From Podarcis bocagei (taxonomy: Eukaryota): 64,000 bases of DNA. The notes beneath the pieces are model-generated. The model made no database searches and was not told the DNA's origin. It saw only the letters and a list, made by a program, of their open reading frames with translations. This document shows positions 54,587-64,000 of this stretch, one piece after another. Numbering within the stretch: position 1 is the first letter of the stretch; each line of letters starts with the position of its first letter. The stretch is from NCBI GenBank assembly GCA_964188305.1, contig OZ076889.1. The stretch is one strand, 5' to 3'. The translations under genes and the position numbers were made by a program.

Positions 54587-54827
54587 CAGCGGTACCTTGG
54601 GTTACAAACGCTTCAGGTTACAAACACTTCGGGTTACAAAGTCCAGTAACCCGGAAGTAGTACCTCAGGTTGAGAACTTTGCCCCAGGATGAAAATGGAA
54701 ATCACGCAGCGATGGCGCGGCAGCAGCGGGAGTCCCCATTAGCGAAAGAGCACCTCAGGTTAAGAACAGTTTCGGGTTAATAACAGACCTCTGGAACGAA
54801 ATAAGTTCGTAACCCGAGGTACCACTG
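54587..54827. mobile_element. Tc1/mariner (Tigger-like) MITE
   Basis: TA|CAGCGGTACCT...AGGTACCACTG|TA; same subtype as 20568-20798. Confidence 0.9.
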
Positions 54828-54848
54828 TATCTTGTTTGTATAACAGTA

Positions 54849-55080
54849 CAGTGGTACCTTAGTTCCCGAACTCAATCCATTCTGGAAGTCTGTTCGACTT
54901 CCAAAACGTTCAAAAACCAAGGCACAGCTTCTCATTGGCCCTGGAAACAATGCCAACAGCCAAAACGGATGTTCAGCTTCCAAAAAACATTCACAAACCA
55001 GAACACTTACTTCCAGGTTTGCGGCATTTGGGAGCCGATTTGTTCATCAACTAGGCTTTTTGGGAACAAAGATACCACTG
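54849..55080. mobile_element. Tc1/mariner (Tigger-like) MITE
   Basis: TA|CAGTGGTACCT...AGATACCACTG|TA; interior related to the reverse complement of 51989-52209. Confidence 0.87.
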
Positions 55081-55302
55081 TATTTAAAAAACAAGCTACC
55101 ATACTTGGTACTGAAGTAATGAACTGAGTTGTATTTCTTGAACTCTTTTTGCTCCCTCAGAGAGAAACTCAACTGCAGAAGATGAACAGGAACAGCCTTC
55201 TCAAGATAGAGAGTTGCTGCTTTAGTTAGTGACCTCTCAATTGTCCTCATTTATTGGGCTGTTGTTCATTTTCATCTATTTTTTTCATGCATTCTGTTTC
55301 AG

Positions 55303-55359
55303 GCCCTACTACCCATCCCCATGAGAAAAAGATGCAAAGCTCCAAGTGCCTTATGACAG
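55303..55359 (+). CDS. ARMH1: Candidate ARMH1 coding exon 11
   Basis: Good acceptor ttctgtttcag|; in phase (GPTTHPHEKKMQSSKCLMT); donor CAG|gtgact. No recognisable homology. Confidence 0.4.
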
Positions 55360-55469
55360 GTGACTTTGAGTCCCTTTCCCCGTCCCTTTTCTCAAATCTG
55401 AAATCTACCGTACTTAGTTTGGTTATCAACCACCAGACACATCAAATTGCTCTAATTGTTCTTCAACAG

Positions 55470-55489
55470 CTGCCTTTGCACCAACATAA
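55470..55489 (+). CDS. ARMH1: Candidate ARMH1 terminal exon
   Basis: ttcttcaacag|CT GCC TTT GCA CCA ACA TAA; AATAAA at about 55573; would give a 439-aa protein. Confidence 0.3.
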
Positions 55490-57309
55490 CCATAGACTAA
55501 TTTGTGTCATGAAAATAAGGAATAATCCCTTGTACAGCCACTTTGAGTTCTGAGGAGACAGGATATCTATGTAATAAATAAAAACAGTACTGAACAACTA
55601 AATTTAAGTCTCTGTGATCATACATACCAGACACAAGACTTCACTCCAATTTGCAGGTTCAACTGAAATAAACGAACATACAGAAGATACATGGGCATCT
55701 GGTTAGCCATTGTGAGAACAGAATGCTTGGCCTTATCTAGCAGGCTGCTCTGCTCTTACACCGTGAACTCTAAATCCCCTTGCCAACTTATTTTTGTGCA
55801 GACAGACTGAACCCTAATGTAGTAGAGCATCCAGAAGTCTACCATAAGACCCAATGTTCTTTTCTTGAGAAATATTATCAAAGGCAAAACATTTACATGA
55901 TTTGCAAGCCAAAAACAGAAACTGCCACTCTCTAGCAGCATTACTGGGAAAGCAGCAATGGCTTCTCTAGTTATGTATTCAGCATATAAACACACTCTTG
56001 AATACTTCATGGCTTTACAGTTATATAAAGGGATTTTTGAAGTAATACAGCTCTTTAAGAGAAATTAAGGAGCAATCGTATGCTTAAGCCCATTGATTTC
56101 AGATACGGCTAGTTTTGTATAGGATTTGGCTGCTCTTTTCCTGAAGTGTACTTTAGCACAATGGATAGTATGTATGCTTACAAATCAGGCCTATCTACTT
56201 CATAGAGATGGAGATAAAATGTTGAAACTTCGTATCAGTTGTTTCCCAACTCCTAGCTCTCTTCTCTTGGAAAGCATGCTATGCCATTAGCATTTCCTTA
56301 ACCACTTTGTATGCCTTAGATCTTAGGAATCAATTAACACTTGCATGCAGTAATGACACCCTAAATTCACTTTATAATTGGCAATGCCAGTAGACAAAAT
56401 TAGCAGCATCCTTCCCATCCTTTGAAAGCTACACTGATACATCCATGCATATATCAGACTTTTCCTCATAGGGTGTAAGCACATACCGTATATATATAAA
56501 CACACACACACACACACAACTTGTTTAACACTTTGGGGAAGGATACTGAAGCATACCCACACACTACTTTGCTCTTGAGTAGTCCAAATAGGTGCAAATT
56601 TTAAACTTCACAGTTACAATGAAATGGCCCAAACAGTTGACACTTTTTGCCATTCTACTGATAAAATGCAAAAACTCAGAAAGGCAGAGATTAATTTCCG
56701 TTTCAGAACAGACTGACACTATAATTGATTTTATTCTGTGAATCGCCCTGAGACCTCTGGGTACAGGGCGGCATATAAATTCAATAAATAAATAATAATT
56801 GTAAATATTTTTGTAGACTTTTTTCAAAATAATAGCCATCAGAGATAGTTTTCTTTTAAGCACATGATTAATGCATAAAGCCAATAAAATTGTTTAACAC
56901 TGACAGATTTCAATACCAGTGTTTGACCAGTTTCAGAAGTCATAAATGGAATTCTTGCCTCTACATGAATGAAGACTATCACAGTCCAACACATTGACTT
57001 AAATAGACATGATTATGGTCATTGTCCATTTGCAACATTTATAACAGGAACAGCCCGGAGCTGCGTACTCTCATGTCTGCGTGAGAAAATACCCAGACCT
57101 CCCAGGGACTAATAACATTTGGTACTATATGGGCCTAGGTTGTTAAATTGCACACATGAGGGTAGTGTTCCCCTCCACGAAGCCTTTGAAGAGCAGCAGT
57201 TGAAATAGCCACAGTAGCGAAGGAGTGGAGTCCTTTCTATCCAAGTTGGCTAGCTTGGTCTTGTCAGGCAGAAAGGCTGGGTATAAATATTTTAAATAAA
57301 TCCACAATG

Positions 57310-60300
57310 TTTTTAAAACTTTTATTTAAGAACCTTTAACAGCCTTTATACACACATTGCACAGTATCCATCACTTATCTCTTTTCCCGACTTCCCAATC
57401 CATCTCTCTTGTAGGTTAAATTGTATATTGTACCCTCTAAGATAATCTCCAAAATACCTCCACTCTACTCTTCTCTTTAACTCATCCTTATTCCTTAGTT
57501 TTGCAGTCAAGGTTACTAATTCTACATATTCTATCAGTTTGCTTTACCAAGTTTCCTTCGTGGGTATCTCTACTTCTTTCCATTTTTTTTGCATATACTA
57601 TTCTAGCTGCAGCGATTGCGTGCAGAAAGATATTGAGTGCCTTTTTTTGAATGCCATCACCTATTATCCCTAACAGGAAGGCCTCTGGTCTTTTGGGAAA
57701 TGTGATTTTTAAAATCTTTAATTATTCTTTAGAGCAGGCATCCCCAAACTCGGCCCTCCAGCTGTTTTGGGACTACAATTCCCATAATCCCTGACCACTA
57801 GTCCTGTTAGCTAGGGATGATGGGAGTTGTAGTCCCAAAACAGCTGGAGGGCCGAGTTTGGGGATGCCTGCTCTAGAGTATTTACACAACCACCACATAT
57901 GAATCAGGGTTCCCTCTACCTCGTGGCACTTCCAGCATAAATTAGACCCTTTTTTATACATTTTCACTAATTTGTTGGGTTGTCAAGTACCACTGGTACA
58001 TCATCTTTTGAAGGTTTTCCTTAATAACAGGCAGAAAAAATCATGGTTTCCCCCCCATAATTTTTCCCATGTGGACAATTCTATGTTGCAACCAATATCT
58101 ATGGCCCATTTTGTCATTGTCGCCTTTACCATCTCATCTTTGGTCTCCCACTCCAATAACACTTTATAAAATTTTGAGATTACCAGTAATTTATCATCCT
58201 TTCCTAATACAATTTTTTCAAATTCTGAACTCATTTCCGCCAATCCCTTTTTCTTATCTCTTTTAAATACCGGTAACTCGTTCACCTGAAAATACTGAAA
58301 CCAATCTATAGTATGACCCCAAATCTCTTCTCCTTTTTTTAGGTGAACTCCTCCTTCTTTAAACTTTGTAAGTGGCCCATTAGTCCATATTCAACCTTTT
58401 CACTGAGACCACCTCAGTTGGGGATATCCATTTTTGGGGTTTTCTCTCTAAAAGATATTTGTGTCGCTGCCAAACCGTGTACATACTTATGACATGGTTT
58501 TGGAAACCTTTGTGCACCCTTGATTTGTCGTAATGCAGATATGCCTGCCATTCAAAGTGTAGATCAAAACCTTCTAGGTCTAAAATGTTGGTATCTCTTA
58601 GCTCCATCTATTCTTTCATCCAACAAAGACACGCTGCCTCATAATAAAATCTAAGGTCTGGAAGGGCAAAGTCCCCTCTTTCTCTTACATCTGTCAGATT
58701 TGTATACTTAATTCGGGTTTTCCCCCTACCAAATGAAGTTTGTCACGTCCTATTTTCACATTTTGAAACAGTTTGGGCTATTACCACGAGTGTTTGAAAT
58801 AAGAAGATCATCTTGGGCAAAACATTCATTTTGACTGTGGATATTCTTCCTAACAAAGAAAGGTTCAGTCTAGTCCATTTTTCTAGATTCTTTTTATTTC
58901 ATTCCAGATTTTAACATATTTATCCTGAAAAAGGTTTAAATTCTTAGCTGATATCCATATCCCCAAATATTTTTCTGTTTTAATTCCCATCATATTCTCA
59001 AGTCTTTCTTTTGCCTGTAAGTCTAATTTTTTTACTATCATTTTTGTTTTTTCCTTATTTATATAGAATCCTGCCAAGTTGCCAAATTTTGTTATAGTTT
59101 CTATTGCCCTTGGGACGCTTTCCATCGAATTTTCCAACATCAACACGTCGTCTGCAAAGGCTTTCACTTTGCATTCTCTCTGCCCAACTTTAATTCCTGT
59201 TATTTCATCATTTTTCGTATTTCTCTAGTTAACACTTCTGATACGTATTAGGATAAACAACAGTGGCAACAGGGGGCATCCCTGCCTTGTCCCCTTCTCG
59301 ATACTACTTTTTTCTGTGACATTACTATTTATTATTAAGCTCGCCTATTGCTCTGTGTATACTGCATTTATCCCATTAGAGAGTATGGCATTCAGAACAG
59401 CATTCTCCACTAATTTCCTCAGGAAGACCCAGAACACATTGTCAAAGGCCTTTTCAGCATAGAGGAATATTAGTGCGTCTTCTTTTTCATTTCTTTTTTC
59501 CAAGTATTTGATCACATTTCTAGTATTATTCCTTGGTAAAAAAACAACCTGCTTGATCCTCATGAATAGGTGATTCTAGGACCACCATCAGCTTTTTTGC
59601 CATTATTGCAGTGCACAACTTATAATCATTGTTCAATAAGGAGATCAGCCTGTAGGTCTTGGGTTGGAGTATATCCTGATCTTGTTTGGGGATTAGAGTA
59701 ATGTAAACGTTTTTCTATGATGTTGGTATTGTTCTCCCTTATAAACTTTCATTCATAATATCTTTAAGGGGCGTGGTAATGTTTCTCTTAATGTTTTATA
59801 ATATGCGACTGAAAGTCCATCCAGACCAGGTGGTTTGCCAGACTTTGCCTGCTTGATAGGTACATCTATTTCCGTCATTGAGATGGGGGCATTCAGACTA
59901 TCTACTTCGTCCTTTGTTAGCTGTGGTAGATAACATTTTTGCAAATATTCTTCTATGTCTTTCTCACTCTCCTTTCCATTCACGTACAAAGTCGAGTAGT
60001 ATCTTAAAATTTCTTTTCTGAATTCTGTTTGGCTATATACCCTCTCCCCTACTATTATCTTGTTTATTATATTGGCGGTTTTCTCCCTTTGAAGCTGCCA
60101 TGCTAGTAACTTTCCCAGCTTATTGGCAAACTCAAATTGTTTTTGTTTTAAAGCTTTTTAGTCGTTGCTCTATTTCATTCTGTGTGATCATGGCAAATTG
60201 CTTTTGTAGTATTTTCAGTTTCTGAATACAAACTTTATCACCTGGTTTGTCCTCTAATATTTTTTCATAACACATCATTTCCTTCAAAATTCTTTTTCTT

Positions 60301-60360
60301 CCTCTTTTCTTTCTATAAAATGCATTTTGTTGAATAAAGAAGCCTCTTACAACCACATTA
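57310..60360 (-). mobile_element. L1/Tx1-clade LINE, 5'-truncated, degraded ORF2
   Basis: Minus-strand peptides GKPPGLDGLSVAYYK, AEKAFDNV, RQGCPL, KAFADD, KYLGIWI and the C-terminal [18 protein letters not shown] zinc knuckle; many stops and frameshifts. Confidence 0.92.
57735..57870. mobile_element. 136-bp palindromic hAT MITE nested in the L1
   Basis: TIR CAGGCATCCCCAAACTCGGCCCTCCAGCTGTTTTGGGACTACAA; 8-bp TSD ctttagag/ctctagag. Confidence 0.93.
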
Positions 60361-61333
60361 CCAGCATATCACATCCTGATCCATTCCTTTACTGGAGTTC
60401 CTTAGTTGTTTTATCGTTTTCTGTCAACACTACCGCATTAAGTCCTCTAATATTATTATCTCATTACATCTTTCAAATAATTTGCCTTCCAGCTCTCTAT
60501 AGAACTCCAGTATTTTTTTTCATTTAACTAGCCTACAAGGTGATTAGCTCCACTTTCTACACATACCAGTGTTAGTAAATTTTTTTTATACAACCTGGAA
60601 AAAGGTCAGATGAATTCAATCTTGTCCTCTTCCAGTTGTTCCATTAGCAAAAATGATAGAGTACAGAAGTTTTGACTAGCGTTGACCACCCACATTTTTC
60701 CAGAACCCCTGAACATTTCTCATAAATAGGGACCATCTTTCCTTAAAGTTCAACCAAAATAGAAACAACCTTGACTGTCATCACAACCTAGCTGGACTAG
60801 GATTGCCTACTGTGTTCAAGTTACAGTCCTAAACATTCTTCCCATGCTCCTGTAAATATTTAAGGGCAGGGGGTCAAAGATTCACCAAGTTCAATAGACT
60901 TCCTCTAGTAAGTATACTAGTCAGTACAATTGCTGCCATCCTCTGAAACAAAACCAGTTGAAAACCAAGATAAAAGGCAAGATTCAGCTAAATAGTTGTG
61001 CTAGCACAACAAGTCACGTTAATAGGAAGATGGGAAACTGGTCTACCTGGCAAGCAGAAATGTTTGCAATGACTGAGCAAACATAACAGCACAATGCTGA
61101 ACTCTTCCCATAGTATTTCTAAGTAAAATATGTTTATAACCAGTCTTACTGACAAATCTCAAATTCTCTTTTAGATGTAATAGATAAGGTTGAAAGTAAG
61201 CAAGCTGTCCTTACCAAGTTGTTGCTCTCCAAGCCAGATGTGCATACAAATCCAACATATACAAGTGGCCTCCAAGACCTGCAGAACACACTTCAAACCC
61301 CTCACAATACAGGACTTGATGCATTCAGAAATA

Positions 61334-61463
61334 TTTATTTATAAACTGCTTCAATTACTGATTATTTATATTTTAAAAAGTCTCAAACAGCAAAGCCAGT
61401 TCAAGATTCACTGGATTGCATTCAATGTTAACATTTCAAAAGTATTTAGTGAAATACTTTATT
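61334..61463 (-). terminator. KIF2C: Candidate KIF2C polyadenylation signals
   Basis: Minus-strand AATAAA at 61458-61463 and 61334-61339, downstream of the stop. Confidence 0.5.
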
Positions 61464-61737
61464 TACACTAGAAAAATGTACAAGCTTACCAAGAGACACC
61501 AAAGCAACTCTTCTTCTTAGCCTTCAGTTGTGAAGAGGAGCAATGGTCCCAGAAACATCACATTCTGGCAGAGTACTTTCCTTTGCCTGCATAAAGGATA
61601 GCACCCTCTCCCCAAAACAGGGAACCCTCAAACAAGATAAGATGAACCTTCTGCTTGCATTTTAAATACAGTTAACAGCAAACCAAAGAAGTGACAGACA
61701 AATAGAGAGGGAAGAAATTCATTTAACAAGTGGGTAA

Positions 61738-61817
61738 CTACTGAAGTGGTCGCTTATTCAGATGCTTGCTGGCTTGTTCTTCCATCTGCATGGCAAGGGT
61801 TAGTTCTTCCAGAGTGT
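61738..61817 (-). CDS. KIF2C: Kinesin-13 KIF2C (MCAK), last coding exon
   Basis: cttccatag|(D)TLEELTLAMQMEEQASKHLNKRPLQ*; matches the MCAK tail LAMQLEEQAS. Confidence 0.9.
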
Positions 61818-62599
61818 CTATGGAAGAGGAAGGAGACAGAGAAGATAGACGTCAGCATGAGATCCCTTTGGGGGGCATCCAGAAAACAAAAAAAGAAACA
61901 CACATCTAGACACTCCATTTCTTTCTTTCTGACCACTCTGGTGGATCCAGCCAGCAGGCAAGAGCCTGAGTTCCCTTACCAGAACCATTTTGACAAGTGG
62001 GTGAGGCCCACATGTCAATCACCTGACACCCTACTTCAAAGCTGGGCTGCAAAGAACAATACCCAAGGGCCCTGCTCTAATTGTCAATCAGCTGATTGGA
62101 GCTTACAGCAAGTCCTGTTTTGGGCAGGTATCAGCAGCACTATAGAGTTCCTATTTGGAATTCAGATTGTGCAGCCAGTCTCTCCAGGACTTGCTGTCAG
62201 CCATTGCTGTCTTGTCCCATTCAAGTATATGAAAAATATATTGTGGCAAAATAGCATTGTGTATGACTGAAAACAAAAGTGAAACTAATTTTTTGCCTCA
62301 GAATTGTAATGTTTGCAAAGAGAGCCACCTAGTGAATGCTTTGTAAAATGCCTATTCCTTTAGTTCTGGAACATCACAGTACAGTGTAGGGGTTATCAAC
62401 ATTTTGGGGCCCCATGGGCACATTTGGAAAACTGAGGAACACTCCACAGCAATGCATGAACCCACCCCAGTGCAACTGCTTCACTCAGTAACAGTGCAAC
62501 CTCTTACATTCCACACCCCACATTCCACGCCCCACACTGAACACTTCTCCTACAAGGACAGCATTCCAGAATTAAGCAGCTCCATACTGACCCCCCTTC

Positions 62600-63260
62600 C
62601 TCTCCAAGGATGTGCACTAAGAGGACAGTGGTGATTCTCTTCCAGACTGTGGCAATGTATTCCTGGGAATCACACACCATGTGTTTAACCAGTCCAATAG
62701 TCAAACCACGGTATTGCCCACCAACTCTACACTTTAGCACCACAAAGCTCCTAATCAAAGCGGAAAGAAAGTACAGTATAGAGGTGCGCAACATTCCTCC
62801 AACATTCTCCACTGGTGTTTTGGTACATTTTAGCCAATTTCGAGGGTATAAGGTACTATACCCGAGGTCTTGTGTCCATCTGACCATGACATCTTTAACT
62901 TCTTCATCTCTTCTACTATTTCATTCATGCCTTTTGCCTAGAAGTCTTTCTATTCAAACCATTTTAAGTCTCCACACATCATCTGATTCTATGCAGTACA
63001 TGAAGCAACCACTTTGCAGGCAGTCAACTGACGCGTGAGTCCTTTTGGACATGGAAAACGGCATAATAGGGGCAGGCTTATACGTGCTCCACCAATGCAC
63101 GTGGGGGCCAGGAACACAACTCTCACGCAAATTGAGAGTTGCCTGTACTTTCTGGACAACCCTAGCTACATTTTACCTTCTCCTTTCCTTACCACTAATC
63201 ATGGTAAAGCCTTATATCTTTCCCTGGCCTCCATCATCTTATGTGGCAAGCAATTTTGGA
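62600..63260 (-). mobile_element. Degraded LINE-like fragment (possibly RTE-X-like) in a KIF2C intron
   Basis: Broken minus-strand peptide LLCRFPCPKDSR..VDCL, reminiscent of a C-terminal zinc knuckle; weak. Confidence 0.3.
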
Positions 63261-63439
63261 TATCAACTGCATTGCTTCTATATTCTATGCAGTGTTTAAC
63301 ATACAAATGGCAGTTTTCGTAGCATAGCTGAACATTCTGTCACAGGGAAGTTGAAAAGCCAACTCCTAAAAGCACCAAGCATTTTAATTTCTATGCTACT
63401 TCCTGCAGTGTGTTAGTGAAATACAGCACCCTCCAGTAC

Positions 63440-63563
63440 CTTTCAGGCGGAGGAAATTTTTGGATCCTTCATTTACGAAGCACTGGGCTTGATACACAAA
63501 TGCCTCCAGGTCATATTCTGGTTGTTCTGCAATATCCAGGAGACAGTTGCAGTCGTTCATTTT
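63440..63563 (-). CDS. KIF2C: KIF2C penultimate coding exon
   Basis: actcag|KMNDCNCLLDIAEQPEYDLEAFVYQAQCFVNEGSKNFLRLK G|gtactg; matches EQPDYDLETFV. Confidence 0.88.
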
Positions 63564-63787
63564 CTGAGTACGAAAGGTGAGGAAAATTAGGAGTTTCTCT
63601 TACAATTATGGAACAAACTGATGTTACTGGAAATATTGGCTTAAAATTTGCACTGAAATCTTATTGCATGCTCCTTGATCTAGGATAAGCATCATTTCAG
63701 CGTCACAATTTCAGTTCTTCAACAGTAAAAGCCACTTGAACCCAGAGACTATCAAGAAGATTTGGTGCACTACCCACCAATACATAC

Positions 63788-63892
63788 CTCCCTGACATCC
63801 TTAAGCTCCTCTATTGCCTTCTCCTCAAGCTCACTTATCCGGGTGACAGCCTCACGGAAACTGGACAGATGAGACAGCTCATCATCAGAAAG
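63788..63892 (-). CDS. KIF2C: KIF2C antepenultimate coding exon
   Basis: caacag|LSDDELSHLSSFREAVTRISELEEKAIEELKDVRE|gtatgt; matches SSFNEAMTQIRELEEKAMEELK. Confidence 0.9.
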
Positions 63893-64000
63893 CTGTTGTT
63901 TTGACAAGAGAAAGTATTAGCACAGCCTCGCTAAGCTCTACTCGCCAAACAGATTGCCCTCCTGTTCAGCACATGCAAACCTCATGAAGGTGGGCCGATT

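Noticed and set aside
55600-61300. U5 snRNA genes expected from human synteny
   Set aside because: No U5 loop I (GCCTTTTAC) in a U5-like context was seen on either strand.
61746-62270. 174-aa plus-strand ORF
   Set aside because: Antisense to the last KIF2C exon and intron, non-ATG start, no recognisable domain.

Overview
Vertebrate genomic DNA, not microbial. The repeat content (L2, L1/Tx1, CR1, a tRNA-Lys SINE, many Tigger-like and hAT MITEs) points to a squamate reptile, possibly a lacertid lizard (inference). The window covers the RNF220-TMEM53-ARMH1(C1orf228)-KIF2C block. It holds the last two coding exons of RNF220 (+), the complete 3-exon TMEM53 CDS (-, 277 aa), ARMH1 (+, head-to-head with TMEM53 on a CpG-island promoter, 10 well supported coding exons and an uncertain C-terminus), and the last three coding exons of KIF2C (-, convergent with ARMH1). 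I built the exon structures by hand from splice signals, codon phase and remembered orthologue peptides. Most ORFs in the supplied track are spurious. Notable observations: a U12-type (minor spliceosome) intron and a GC-AG intron in ARMH1; a 584-bp element with a 17-bp TSD that joins an L1-like 5'UTR directly to an L1-like 3' tail; three 136-bp hAT MITEs whose TIR variants co-vary within each copy; a young CpG-rich 496-bp hAT element; tandem RFX X-boxes in the bidirectional promoter; several homeobox-motif-rich candidate enhancers; and KIF2C apparently inverted relative to human. A 200-N assembly gap lies at 5583-5782. I found no evidence for a wholly new multi-gene system.
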